Position numbers and translations under genes: made by a program | DNA from: Candidatus Bathyarchaeota archaeon | GTDB taxonomy: Archaea; Thermoproteota; Bathyarchaeia; TCS64 | Direction of reading: 5' to 3' | Assembly (NCBI GenBank): GCA_963769425.1 | Contig: CAVYLP010000006.1 | Coordinates: forward strand, 32,001-96,000 | DNA length: 64,000 bases | The notes under the pieces: generated by a model | The model's database searches: none | Told to the model about the DNA's origin: nothing | What the model saw: only the letters and a program-made list of their open reading frames with translations | In this document: positions 20,126 to 30,238 of the stretch, in pieces | Position numbering within the stretch: the first letter of the stretch is position 1 | Layout: each line of letters opens with the position of its first letter

Positions 20126-22486
20126 CTAAGAAAGCTCCTCGCGGAGTTTCTTCCTCGCGCCCTCATCGATCGGCCCCTCCCCGTCAATGATGTCGTTGAA
20201 GGTCTTGAAGACCCTCTCCAGCTTCCTCCAGTCGGGGACGTAGACCCTGCTGAACCACATCCTGCTGCTGTCTACGCCGTGGTCCTCAAGGGCCCACCTG
20301 TACTCATCCGCCCTCTCCTCAGCAAGCACGTGGGCGTGCCCGTACGGACCTTCATGCGCCGGTGCCTCGAGCAGCATAACCCCGTCCGCCCCGTAGGCGA
20401 AGGCGTAGAGCAGGTGCTCCAGCTTTAGCCTCGCCATCGTCGGCAACGGGATGATCCGGATGCTGCTCGGGTAGGGCAGCCTCGCCAACCCGGCGAGGTC
20501 AACCGCCGTGTACGCGACCTCCTTCTCGACGAAGGCGATTATCTTCAGCTCCGCCTTCGACCCCTCGAGGGCGCCCCTGATCTGGGCCTTGATCTGGGCC
20601 TCGCCTAGACCCTGCTGGTCGAGCGCATTCCTTGGGCAGGAGGGGATGCATGCTCCGCAGCCTGTGCACATGATCTCGTTGACCACTGGCTTTCCCTCCG
20701 AGAGGGTTATCGCCGACTCGGGGCACGGCTCTACACACTTCCCACAACCATCGCATAGTTCAGGGTGCGCTAGCCACGCCTTGTTGGGCTCGATGACCCT
20801 GTCTACGTGGAGGAAGTTCACGACCTTCATGGCAGCGCCCTCCGCCTCAGCAGTTGTAGACTGGATATCCTTTGGACCCACAACGGTGCCAGCAGCGAAT
20901 ATTCCGTCCCGCTTCGTAGCCATCGGGTCGAGCTTCGGATGCCTCTCGAGGACGAACTGGTCCTCATCCACCGGTACGCGCAGCATCTCCGCCAGCTTCA
21001 ACGTCTCCGGCGTCGTCACAATTGGCGGCGCCAACACGACGAGGTCGCTCTGGTACTCAATCATCCTATTGAGCATCATGTCTTCGCTGCGTACTAGCAC
21101 CTGCTCGCCGTCGGGGACGATCTCCGTCACTTTACCCTTCACGAAGTTTGCGCCCTTCTCCTGCGTCGTCCTATAGAACTCCTCGTAGCGTCTACCTGGC
21201 GACCTGATGTCGATGTAGTGTATCCACACGTCGACACCACGATCCCTGAGGAGCTGAGCCTGCTTCATGCTATATAGGCAGCAGACGCGGCTGCAGTGGC
21301 TGCGACCGACCTCGGTGTCCCTGCTTCCCGCGCAGAGGACGAAGGTCACGGTCTTCACCTGCCTACCTGTCTTCGGGACTATGAGCTGGCTCCCCGTTGG
21401 CCCGTTGACGTCGAGTATCCTCTCCATCTCGAGGCTCGTCACCACGTTCGGGTACCGTCCGTAGCCATACTGGATGAGACCCGAGAGGTCGAATAGCTCG
21501 AAGCCCGTCGCCATCACGATGGCGCCTACTTTCAGCTCCTTGGACGATCCCGGGTCATCTAAGTCGATGCACTGGCGTGGGCAGACCTTCGCGCAGGCTC
21601 CGCAGCGGACACAATGTTCGAAGTCAATGGTGTAGACGCTTGGCACACTCTGGGGGAAGGGGATGTACGCGGCCTTGCGCATACCCAGACCCTGATCGTG
21701 CTCGGCGGGCACCTTTGTTGGGCAGACCCGACCACAGGCACCACACCCAATACACTTGGAGATGTCTACGCCGCGTGGGTTGAGCCTGATCTTAGCCTTG
21801 AAGTCACCGGGAACCCCCGTGACCTCCTCCACCTCGGCGTATGTGATGAGGTCAATGTTCCTACTCTGGCTCACCGACGCCATCTTCGGCGTCAGTATGC
21901 ACTGGCTGCAGTCGAGTGTCGGGAAGACCTTCGGGTACTGTATCATGTGACCCCCGATGCTTGGGCGCTTCTCGACGAGGTGGACCTTCATCCCGAACTC
22001 GCTGAGGCGCAGGCTCGTCGTGATACCCGCGACGCCTCCGCCGATGACGAGAGCCTCTGGGACGACCTTCATCCTCTTCGACTCGAGCGCCACCGACTCC
22101 TTCGCGCGGGCGACCGCCCCCCTGATGAGGTCCATCGTCTTCAGAGTCGCGCCCTCGTGGTCCTCCTTATGTACCCAGCTACACTGCTCACGGACGTTCA
22201 CCATCTCAAGGAATGCGGGGTTGACCCCCTTCTCCGCGAGATTGCTTAGGAACGTCTCCCTGTGCATCTTCGGCGTACAGCAGGCGAGCACGACTCTGTC
22301 GAGGTGCTGCTTCTCGACGGCGTCCTTGATGGCGTCGACGCTCGGCTTACTGCATAGGTACCTCTCCTTCTTAATGTAGGCGACTTCGGGTTTCAACGTC
22401 TCAACGACGCGGTCTGTCTCGACAACGTCACCGATGTTTCCGCCGCACTCGCAGAGCCAGACGCCAATCCTAGGCGAATCAGTCAT
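20126..22486 (-). CDS. hdrA: heterodisulfide reductase subunit A fused to a cysteine-less MvhD-like domain
   Basis: N-terminal CECG/EQCSWVH, IGGGVAG FAD site, FPTLDCSQC, CSRVCC, two ferredoxin domains, C-terminal AGLARLPYP...GADGV MvhD fold. Confidence 0.92.
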   Translation of the reverse strand: MTDSPRIGVWLCECGGNIGDVVETDRVVETLKPEVAYIKKERYLCSKPSVDAIKDAVEKQHLDRVVLACCTPKMHRETFLSNLAEKGVNPAFLEMVNVREQCSWVHKEDHEGATLKTMDLIRGAVARAKESVALESKRMKVVPEALVIGGGVAGITTSLRLSEFGMKVHLVEKRPSIGGHMIQYPKVFPTLDCSQCILTPKMASVSQSRNIDLITYAEVEEVTGVPGDFKAKIRLNPRGVDISKCIGCGACGRVCPTKVPAEHDQGLGMRKAAYIPFPQSVPSVYTIDFEHCVRCGACAKVCPRQCIDLDDPGSSKELKVGAIVMATGFELFDLSGLIQYGYGRYPNVVTSLEMERILDVNGPTGSQLIVPKTGRQVKTVTFVLCAGSRDTEVGRSHCSRVCCLYSMKQAQLLRDRGVDVWIHYIDIRSPGRRYEEFYRTTQEKGANFVKGKVTEIVPDGEQVLVRSEDMMLNRMIEYQSDLVVLAPPIVTTPETLKLAEMLRVPVDEDQFVLERHPKLDPMATKRDGIFAAGTVVGPKDIQSTTAEAEGAAMKVVNFLHVDRVIEPNKAWLAHPELCDGCGKCVEPCPESAITLSEGKPVVNEIMCTGCGACIPSCPRNALDQQGLGEAQIKAQIRGALEGSKAELKIIAFVEKEVAYTAVDLAGLARLPYPSSIRIIPLPTMARLKLEHLLYAFAYGADGVMLLEAPAHEGPYGHAHVLAEERADEYRWALEDHGVDSSRMWFSRVYVPDWRKLERVFKTFNDIIDGEGPIDEGARKKLREELS

Positions 22487-22494
22487 TCAGATCC

Positions 22495-24150
22495 CTACAG
22501 TATGTTCAACTTATGCTCGAGCGTCTTCTTGCCCCTGTACTCAGGTAGCAGTATTGGCGCCTTCCGTGTAGTCTTGATTCCGGCCTCCTTTAGCCACCTG
22601 TCGTAGCGGTCGAGGTGTGCGAGTGTTAGCTTCCCCACATGCGCAGTCTTCGCACGCTCTGCAGCATTCTTGCCAGCCCTGCGCCCGAATACGTAGAGGT
22701 CAAGCTGGCTGTTACCCATGAGCCTGTTCTTCCCGTGGACACCTCCGCAGACCTCCCCGGCGCATAACAGCCCAGGGACATTCGTCTCAGTGTTGGGATT
22801 GATCTCTACCCCGCCATTCTGGTAGTGGAGGGTCGGGAAGACGAGTATGGGTTCCTTCCTGATGTCGATGCCGAATTTTTTGTAGTTGCGGAACATTGCA
22901 GCGAATTCTTTCTCTACAGTGCCTGGTCCCGTGACTATCTCGATCATAGGGGTGTCGAGCCAGACAGCGCGCATACCCGTAGGGGTAACTATGCCGTTGT
23001 TCCTCTCGTAGCACTCCCTAATGAAATTCGATGACTCTATGTCGCGGGGCTCGAGGTGGTAGACGAAGAGTTCACCGTCCTTGTTGACGGGCAGCGCGCC
23101 CCTACCGCGGAGCTTCTCAGTAGCGAGCTGACCAACTATCTGCTCGGGGTAAGCTGCTCCTGTAGGGTGATACTGTGTTGAGTCAAGGTCCCTCAGGATC
23201 GCGCCCGTGCGGTAAGCCATGACTATTCCGTCGCCTGTCGCGCCGTAGTGATTCGTGGTTGGGAAGCCTTGTATGTGGAGTCTACCGAAGCCGCCTGTGG
23301 CTAGCACAGTGGACTTCGCCCTAGCGATTCGGTACTCCTCAGTCTCCATGTCAAGCAGGATAGCGCCAGCGACCTGATCCTTATCATCCATGAGGAAGTC
23401 CACAGCGCTTGTGAACTCAACATTACTAATGCCACGGTTGATGAACTCGTCGACGAGTACGCGTGTGATCTCCAAGCCGGTGTAATCCTTGCAGCTGTGC
23501 ATGCGCCTCCGACTGGTGCCCCCACCCGCTATCTCGAGCAGGGAACCGTCAGGGTTCTTGTCGTACATGACGCCGAGCTCCTCATGCCACTTGATCACGT
23601 CTGGGGCGTCTTTGACGAGTGCTTCGACTAGATCCGGCTTATTCGCGTAGTGACCTCCACCTATGACGTCTAGGTAGTGGATCGAGGGGTTGTCGATGGG
23701 TGAGTCTGCGGCCTGAATACCGCCTTGGCTCATCTTCGAGTTGGCGTCGCCGAGTCTTAGCTTCTGGACCATCAGAATCTGGTCCACTGGAACGCCGCTC
23801 TCTTGCGCGAGTAGCGCCGCGCTAAGACCCGCCCCGCCCGCGCCGATTATAAGCACGTCGACGTCGTAGTCAATGTGGCTTAGGTCGATTTCCTTGGGGT
23901 TTATGACTGAGTGCGACTCGATGATGTCGGCGACCTCGTTAGGGACGATCATCCCCTTGCTTGGGCCGATGGCTACTGCGCGTTTGAAGTTGGGTTTCCA
24001 GTCTGGGTGGAAGTGCTCGAGGATAGACTGGCGCTCTTCCGCTGTCATCGCCGGGATGCCGTGGGATTTGATGTTGCTAGCCCGTTTCTCGGCGACCATC
24101 CGGAGGGATTCCTGCATGTACTCGGGGTATCCTGTTGTGTAGCCGCTCAT
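22495..24150 (-). CDS. fumarate reductase/succinate dehydrogenase flavoprotein-like subunit (TfrA-like, non-covalent FAD)
   Basis: IGAGGAG, ANSKMSQGG (no flavinylated His), QYHPTG, EPRD, HYQNGG, NRLMGNS. Confidence 0.88.
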   Translation of the reverse strand: MSGYTTGYPEYMQESLRMVAEKRASNIKSHGIPAMTAEERQSILEHFHPDWKPNFKRAVAIGPSKGMIVPNEVADIIESHSVINPKEIDLSHIDYDVDVLIIGAGGAGLSAALLAQESGVPVDQILMVQKLRLGDANSKMSQGGIQAADSPIDNPSIHYLDVIGGGHYANKPDLVEALVKDAPDVIKWHEELGVMYDKNPDGSLLEIAGGGTSRRRMHSCKDYTGLEITRVLVDEFINRGISNVEFTSAVDFLMDDKDQVAGAILLDMETEEYRIARAKSTVLATGGFGRLHIQGFPTTNHYGATGDGIVMAYRTGAILRDLDSTQYHPTGAAYPEQIVGQLATEKLRGRGALPVNKDGELFVYHLEPRDIESSNFIRECYERNNGIVTPTGMRAVWLDTPMIEIVTGPGTVEKEFAAMFRNYKKFGIDIRKEPILVFPTLHYQNGGVEINPNTETNVPGLLCAGEVCGGVHGKNRLMGNSQLDLYVFGRRAGKNAAERAKTAHVGKLTLAHLDRYDRWLKEAGIKTTRKAPILLPEYRGKKTLEHKLNIL

Positions 24151-24836
24151 TTGATCTTCATCTCCCTAGTGTTGTACTTCTTTGAGATCGTTGCCTTGTC
24201 CATCTTCTTCATTTCCTCGATCTCTGCATCGTACTTGCCCTCCTTCACTTCCTCGCACCTCTTAAGGACGTGTTCGGTTGGCCCCTCGAGGTACTTCGAC
24301 TCGAGGCGGCGAGCCAGCTGCCCAACATTATAGGGAACTATCTCAGCCGGGCACCTCATCGCACAGAGTCCACAACCTAGGCAGTCGAAACTGAGCTTCG
24401 CCGCTTGGGCGATGTCACCGCGCAGAGCCGCCTGGACGTAGTCCATGACCATGATGTCCTGCGGGCACGCCTTCGTGCAGGTGTTGCACGCGAGGCACCT
24501 AGCGATCTCAGGATAGTATTCCAGGAAAGTGTTCGCCTCGGCCTTGAGTTCGTTGATCTTGTAGGTCACCTTCTCCTGTGGGCTGAAGGGGATTTGTGCT
24601 ATGATCATGCCTTCCTCGACTATCTTCTGGCAGGCGAGGGCACCTTGTAGCTTGTAGCTTCCTCTCTTCCTGTAGACGGTGGCGCATGCGCCACAGAAGC
24701 CTCCCCTGCACCCAGCGCCCCTCCTGAACTGGTGGCCAGAGTACTCCATAGCCTTCATTATAGTTAGGTCCGCCGGGACTCTCTGCTTCTTGCCCATCAC
24801 GTAGATGGTGACCAACTTGATGTCATTCTCAGTCAT
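24147..24836 (-). CDS. FrdB/TfrB-like iron-sulfur subunit
   Basis: CRGGFCGAC...LAC [2Fe-2S]; CLACNTCTKACP and CLGCGLCAMRCP. Confidence 0.85.
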   Translation of the reverse strand: MTENDIKLVTIYVMGKKQRVPADLTIMKAMEYSGHQFRRGAGCRGGFCGACATVYRKRGSYKLQGALACQKIVEEGMIIAQIPFSPQEKVTYKINELKAEANTFLEYYPEIARCLACNTCTKACPQDIMVMDYVQAALRGDIAQAAKLSFDCLGCGLCAMRCPAEIVPYNVGQLARRLESKYLEGPTEHVLKRCEEVKEGKYDAEIEEMKKMDKATISKKYNTREMKIK

Positions 24837-24837
24837 T

Positions 24838-25731
24838 CTAAATCAGCCCCTTCTCCCTGAGCAGAGGCCTCGGGTCGGGCTTGTTCATCCCGAGAGCCGT
24901 CTCATCCTCCCCGAGGCCGAAGGCGAGAGCCATCAGCTGGGTGAAATAAACGATCGGTATACCGTTGAACTTTGGATACTTCTTAGCGACCTCGGTCTGC
25001 CTGTTGCCGAGGTTGAACTCGCATAGCGGGCACGCAGTAGCCACGATATCAGCACCAGCGGCCTGTGCCTGCGTCAAGATCCTGTTGCTCAGATCCGCCA
25101 CCACGTCGACCATGTGGACGGTGTGGTAACTCCCGCAGCACTTCTGCTTGTAGCCGAACTCGACGACGTCTGCGCCGAGGGCCTTGAGCAGGTCCTCGAA
25201 GATGCGTGGGTTGTCAGCGTTGTCTATCCCTATGCCGCGGGGCCTTAGCAGGAGGCATCCGTAGTAGGGGGCGACCTTCAAACCTTTCAGGGGCTTGGAG
25301 ACGCGTGCCTGGACCTTGTCCCAGCCATGGACGCGCAGCGTCTCCAGCAGGTGCTCTACTTCGACCTGTCCGCTGTAGACGCTCGCCTCGTTGTTCATGC
25401 TCTCTCTGACCTTCCCCGCCTTGTCCGAGTCGGCGTTGAAGGCCTGGTTACTCCTCTTCAGTGTGTTGTAGCACATCGCGCAGAGGGCGACAACCTTCTT
25501 CTCGTCAACAATACCACTCTGCTGCGCCTCCTCAACCCGAAGCAGGTTCCTCAAGGGCGCTAGGTGGTGCATCACGTCGTCCTTCGCGAGGGCGTGGACG
25601 GTTCCGCAGCAGTTCCAGCGGGGGAGCTCGACGAGGTTTATGCCCAGCGCCTTAGTTGAGGCCCTGGTGCTTATGTCGAACTCCTTCGCCGTCGTCTTCA
25701 ACGTGCAGCCTGGATAATATGCGACATTCAT
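24838..25731 (-). CDS. hdrB: heterodisulfide reductase subunit B
   Basis: YYPGC, WNCCG, CAMC, YYGC, KCCG, CPLC: two CCG domains. Confidence 0.92.
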   Translation of the reverse strand: MNVAYYPGCTLKTTAKEFDISTRASTKALGINLVELPRWNCCGTVHALAKDDVMHHLAPLRNLLRVEEAQQSGIVDEKKVVALCAMCYNTLKRSNQAFNADSDKAGKVRESMNNEASVYSGQVEVEHLLETLRVHGWDKVQARVSKPLKGLKVAPYYGCLLLRPRGIGIDNADNPRIFEDLLKALGADVVEFGYKQKCCGSYHTVHMVDVVADLSNRILTQAQAAGADIVATACPLCEFNLGNRQTEVAKKYPKFNGIPIVYFTQLMALAFGLGEDETALGMNKPDPRPLLREKGLI

Positions 25732-25738
25732 GGCATGA

Positions 25739-26221
25739 TCACGCGGTTAGCTTCCTTAGACTACTGATGATCGCGACTTGTGGCAACTCTCTCAGCTGCT
25801 CGTCGCTGAGTTCATCAAGCGCTACACGGTCGTACTTCTTCCTCAGAACAAGTTGGCGAAGAGACTCCATTACGTTGGCGATGTCGATACCGCGGGGGCA
25901 CCTGACCTCGCAGTTGAAACATGTCGTGCAGACCCAAATCGTCTTAGAATCCAATGCCTCCTCGAGGCCAAGCTGCACCATTCGGATTACCTTGCTTGGA
26001 AGGTAGTCCATCTCCTGAGTCATGGGGCAGCCTGAGCTACAGGCACCGCATTGGAAGCAGAGCTCGACCTTCTCGCCACTCAGCTCCTTCACCCGGTCCC
26101 TGAAGACCTTGTTTTCGGGGGTCGGGTGAATGAAGAGTCCCTGTTTTTCCGAAGACATCTCAGAAGCTATTACGCTGTGTATATTATACCTTTTCTTAGA
26201 AATGACACGGATAGGCTTCAT
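25739..26221 (-). CDS. hdrC: heterodisulfide reductase subunit C (start probably ~26158)
   Basis: CFQCGACSSGCP, IWVCTTCFNCEVRCPRGID. Confidence 0.9.
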   Translation of the reverse strand: MKPIRVISKKRYNIHSVIASEMSSEKQGLFIHPTPENKVFRDRVKELSGEKVELCFQCGACSSGCPMTQEMDYLPSKVIRMVQLGLEEALDSKTIWVCTTCFNCEVRCPRGIDIANVMESLRQLVLRKKYDRVALDELSDEQLRELPQVAIISSLRKLTA

Positions 26222-26248
26222 TAAAATGGGTTATTAGTTGGGCTCTAT

Positions 26249-26929
26249 TTACTGCCCGGAGCTGAATTGGGGGTTTTCGAAGACCATATTGAAGCCCTCA
26301 GATCCCCAGCCATCGGTTATCCTATGGGCTGTGGCGGTGATGCCGTAGTCTTGTCCACTGAAGGAGTAACCTATGATATAGTTGAATGGGCTTTCGTCGA
26401 CCGAGAAACCCACACGATCCTCTTGGACCTCGATGTCGTAATGATGCTTCAATTCGTCATTCTGAAATAGGTCAACCTCTTTGAGGATATAGTTCTGACC
26501 ATTGGGCGTGTAGATTATGTAGCCCATGACCTTGCCATCACTTACACTCATCCTGATGCCGAACTCGAACTTGTTGTAAGGCTGGACGGATGCAAAGACC
26601 GCGTACTCATCAAGCCTGTTCTTACCCCCGGAACCGACCATCGCAACATCAAACGAGAGTTTTTCGATTGAATAGATGCTTTTAGTGCAAACATCTGAGA
26701 CTGTAAGTTGCTCTCGGGGACGTGTGTGAGATGGCATAGCGAGCATCCAGCTGTCCACAGGGGTACTCTGAAGACGAGGCCTCGGGGCAAGGGCTGACCA
26801 ACTGGCAAAATCCGAGGCGGGGATATTCGTCATAGATTCTCTAGTGGCTGTGACTGAATCTGAAGTAGTTATGTTTGCGTTAATGGATGAGCCTTCGAGG
26901 ATGACTGTCATGAAGAGTAGGATGATCAT
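26249..26929 (-). CDS. hypothetical secreted beta-rich protein
   Basis: Hydrophobic N-terminus, beta-strand-like composition (HHYDIEV...FSVD). Confidence 0.55.
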   Translation of the reverse strand: MIILLFMTVILEGSSINANITTSDSVTATRESMTNIPASDFASWSALAPRPRLQSTPVDSWMLAMPSHTRPREQLTVSDVCTKSIYSIEKLSFDVAMVGSGGKNRLDEYAVFASVQPYNKFEFGIRMSVSDGKVMGYIIYTPNGQNYILKEVDLFQNDELKHHYDIEVQEDRVGFSVDESPFNYIIGYSFSGQDYGITATAHRITDGWGSEGFNMVFENPQFSSGQ

Positions 26930-27180
26930 CGCGTGGAAGGTGCTTGATAGAGCCTTCGAGTCCCTCCTAAGTTTATCAGCCTCTCTTTGATAGTTTAACC
27001 CAATCTCCTCTTAAAAAATTGATTTTTCCTTAAGAACTTCACTTGAGTAATCTAAATATTTTATCGATCAACAATCCGTATACATCATCAATAAGTAACA
27101 CTAACTCTTGTTTTACCTAGCTGATAATGATTATTCATCCGCCTCATGTTTTAAATCGGCGCTGGTTGGTGTTCATCTGA

Positions 27181-27789
27181 GTGAGAAGGGGTTTGGAGTA
27201 TCACCTCAAAACACCGGTCCCCGAGGCTGAGCTGAGGAAGCTCAAAGTCGGAGACGTAATCTACCTAACCGGGACCGTGATAACGGCGCGGGACGAGGCA
27301 CATAGCAAGGCCTTAGAACTGCATGATGAGGGAAAGAAGCCGCCAGTGGACTTCCGGGGGGTCGGCGTCTTCCACTGCGGCCCAATAATGAGGAAGAATG
27401 GGAAGATTTGGGAAGTGGTCGCCGCGGGTCCCACTACGAGCACGAGGATGGAGATATTCGAGGACAAGTTCATTGAGGCGTTCAGGCCCGCGGTCATAAT
27501 CGGTAAAGGCGGCATGGGGGAGAGAACCTCTAAGGCGTGCCAGAAGTTCGGTTGCGTCTACGCCGCTTTCACTGGTGGGGCAGCCCTCCTAGCGGCTAAG
27601 GGGATAAAGAAGGTCAGGGACGTCTTTTGGCTGGAGGAGTTGGGGATGCCAGAGTGCCTATGGGTGTACGACGCGGAGGACTTCGGCCCCCTCATCGTGG
27701 CCATCGACTCTCACGGCGGTAACCTCACCGCTGATGTTGGCAAGAAGGTGAACGCCAACAGGGACAGGATCATCGCGGAGATGAAGTGA
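27181..27789 (+). CDS. class I fumarate hydratase/tartrate dehydratase beta subunit
   Basis: LKVGDVIYLTG, TARDEAH, AGPTTSTRME, GKGGM, VAIDSHG. Confidence 0.92.
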   Translation: MRRGLEYHLKTPVPEAELRKLKVGDVIYLTGTVITARDEAHSKALELHDEGKKPPVDFRGVGVFHCGPIMRKNGKIWEVVAAGPTTSTRMEIFEDKFIEAFRPAVIIGKGGMGERTSKACQKFGCVYAAFTGGAALLAAKGIKKVRDVFWLEELGMPECLWVYDAEDFGPLIVAIDSHGGNLTADVGKKVNANRDRIIAEMK

Positions 27790-28659
27790 ATGTTAGACAA
27801 GGTAGTTGAAGACACGGCCGTTGAGCTCCTGCGGATCGCCGCCACTGAACTTCCCGTTGAGTATGTGCGTGAGATGGAGAGGCTCATGAAGGGGACGAAG
27901 GGCGCAACGGGGAAGGCGCAGCTGAAGAGCATACTGGACGACGCCTCACTGGCGAGGAAGAATAGTTGGCCAATGTGCCAGGACACGGGGGTCGTCGCCT
28001 TCATGGTCAAGGTTGGGGACAAGTTCCCACTCAAGTCGGAGCTGAAGGAGATACTCACGAAGGCCACGAAGCGGGCGACGGAGGAGATACCTATACGGCC
28101 CAACGCCGTCGACATGCTGAAGGGCAATACGAACGACAACACCGGCGCCTTCATCCCGATAATCAACTGGGAGATGGTCCCTGGCAACGAGCTTGAGATC
28201 ATCGCCATGCCAAAGGGGGGTGGTAGCAGTAACGTCGCCAACCACCGGATGCTCAAGCCCGGCCTAGGGATGAAAGGTGTGAAACAGTTCGTCATCGAGG
28301 CGGTCGCAGCGGCTGGGTCGCAGGGGTGCCCGCCCTACTTCGTCGGCGTGGGCATCGGGGGCAGCGAGGACCTCTGCATGCTCCTCGCGAAGAAGGCGCT
28401 CCTCAAGCCCTTCAAGGTTAGGAACCCGGATCCAAAGCTGGCGGCCATCGAGGAAGAGCTTCTGGGGAAAGTGAACGAGTTGGGCATAGGCGCTATGGGC
28501 CTCGGTGAGGGGCCGACAGCCCTCGATCTCCACATCGAGATGGCAGCGAGGCACCCAGCGTCCCTGCCCGTGGGTATAGTCATCAGCTGCTGGGCCCTCC
28601 GCCACGCGAAGGCAACCATAGGCCCACGCGGCGGAGTCAAGATAGACAAGAGCGCCTAG
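27790..28659 (+). CDS. class I fumarate hydratase/tartrate dehydratase alpha subunit
   Basis: PMCQDTG, KGGGS, GCPPY, HPASLPV, SCWA. Confidence 0.92.
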   Translation: MLDKVVEDTAVELLRIAATELPVEYVREMERLMKGTKGATGKAQLKSILDDASLARKNSWPMCQDTGVVAFMVKVGDKFPLKSELKEILTKATKRATEEIPIRPNAVDMLKGNTNDNTGAFIPIINWEMVPGNELEIIAMPKGGGSSNVANHRMLKPGLGMKGVKQFVIEAVAAAGSQGCPPYFVGVGIGGSEDLCMLLAKKALLKPFKVRNPDPKLAAIEEELLGKVNELGIGAMGLGEGPTALDLHIEMAARHPASLPVGIVISCWALRHAKATIGPRGGVKIDKSA

Positions 28660-28839
28660 GCTCCTAATTGTCTCGTTTTGGTATATAATCAACGGTTAAC
28701 TGGTTATTTTTATAGCTTCTTTCGGCTATCAGCTTAGTTTTCGGGCTCCGATTGGGTACACTCTTCCCCTTTTGTAGAGATAGCGACCTGTGCCTAGCAA
28801 TCTTTAACGAGGCAAACCCATCCTAGGATCAGTCGAATC

Positions 28840-29565
28840 GTGCTGGAGTTGTCTCAAATGGAAAAGGGGGGAAAGGGGAGATACGTCACCTCCGTCATCC
28901 CATCCCTGATCGGGTTAGTCCTCCTAATAGGGCTCTCACTCGGTTACTCCTCGCAGACACTCCCACTCCAGAGTGAAATCTTCACTCTGGTTTTCATCAC
29001 GATCTGTGCGCTCGGGGCGGTGGCGGGACAGTATCCATCGCAAATTAAAAGGGTGTTCAGGAGGACGCCTAAAAGAAATGAGGCGGGACCCGGCTACATC
29101 GGTCACCACCCCTCATGTGGTCGATTCGATGCGCATGTCATAAGGTTTAGGGGGAAGACCCTCTGCGCTGGTTGCACCGGTTTGACCATCGGAGCAGCCG
29201 CGGCTGTAACGATGAGCCTCTATACATTGTTCTATCCGATCCAAGCGCCTGCCCTAATCACACTCATCGTCGGGGTAGCACTAGCAGCCGTAGGAATACT
29301 CCAGCACGCCCTCGGCAGGGAACCACGATTACACCTCGCCCTCAACGTTGCCCTCGTCACTGGGGTCGCTGTGGCCCGCATCGGCGCAAATCAGCTTAAC
29401 GGCGGCATAGCCGTTGACGCCTACGCCCTCGCACTCTCCCTGTACCTCATCTTGGCACGCATCGATTTGTCGAGGGATGATCACGAGACCATCTGTGGTT
29501 CTTGTATCGAGCTCTGTGATCGCTCATACGCTGCTAATCGCAACCTTTCTATAAGCGACGGCTAG
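28840..29565 (+). CDS. membrane protein with His/Cys motifs (DUF2085-like)
   Basis: GHHPSC...LCAGCTG plus TMs. Confidence 0.6.
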   Translation: MLELSQMEKGGKGRYVTSVIPSLIGLVLLIGLSLGYSSQTLPLQSEIFTLVFITICALGAVAGQYPSQIKRVFRRTPKRNEAGPGYIGHHPSCGRFDAHVIRFRGKTLCAGCTGLTIGAAAAVTMSLYTLFYPIQAPALITLIVGVALAAVGILQHALGREPRLHLALNVALVTGVAVARIGANQLNGGIAVDAYALALSLYLILARIDLSRDDHETICGSCIELCDRSYAANRNLSISDG

Positions 29566-29586
29566 ACACACGATCGGTGTAGATCG

Positions 29587-29880
29587 ATGGTCTACTGTAC
29601 GAAGTGCGGCACGCAGAACCCGGACGACGCCGTGAATTGCTCGAATTGCGGTGCTCCCCTAAGGGATACGCCGAACAGGGAGTACAGGAGGTATAGGTAT
29701 GAGGAGGACATGTGTTTCGGTGGTAGGAGCCACATCTGGGGGATACTGATCGGGATCTTCATAATACTCATCGGGGTGGCGAGCCTCCTCGGCGGCAACA
29801 TCTGGAATGAGATCTGGCCAGCGTTCATAATCCTGGTTGGGTTAGTTATAGTAGCGAACGCCTTCATGAGAAGACGTTAA
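29587..29880 (+). CDS. zinc-ribbon membrane protein
   Basis: YCTKCG...CSNCGAPL plus two TMs. Confidence 0.85.
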   Translation: MVYCTKCGTQNPDDAVNCSNCGAPLRDTPNREYRRYRYEEDMCFGGRSHIWGILIGIFIILIGVASLLGGNIWNEIWPAFIILVGLVIVANAFMRRR

Positions 29881-29890
29881 GCCCTAACAT

Positions 29891-30148
29891 TCAGGTGCTG
29901 TTTGTTAGAATCACCCTTACTTTCTCAAGGTTATCCACCAGCTGGGGGACAAAGGTCCTGTAACCAGCGATCTGGTTGCACATCGAGCAACTCATCGTAT
30001 AGGCCTCAGGGACCCTCCCCTCCCTGACAAGTTTCTCTAGATTATCGAGCTGGGCGATACCGTCTATGATCATTTTCCCGTAGATCTTGTATGGTTCAAG
30101 AAACTTCCTCGACTCATCGATGAGTTTTAAGGCGTCTTCGAGGCTCAT
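29891..30148 (-). CDS. hypothetical protein
   Basis: 85 aa helical ORF filling the gap. Confidence 0.6.
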   Translation of the reverse strand: MSLEDALKLIDESRKFLEPYKIYGKMIIDGIAQLDNLEKLVREGRVPEAYTMSCSMCNQIAGYRTFVPQLVDNLEKVRVILTNST

Positions 30149-30238
30149 GGGCTTCCCTGATGGCCCTCCGTTTAAGGACCTTTCCCCGGCTCGATGGTTT
30201 TCGTAGTGATTTTAAGGCAGCTAGAGTCTGGTTGTGGT

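Noticed and set aside
20126-26221. Selenocysteine in the Hdr/MvhD genes
   Set aside because: The ORFs are continuous with no in-frame TGA; the Cys positions are ordinary substitutions
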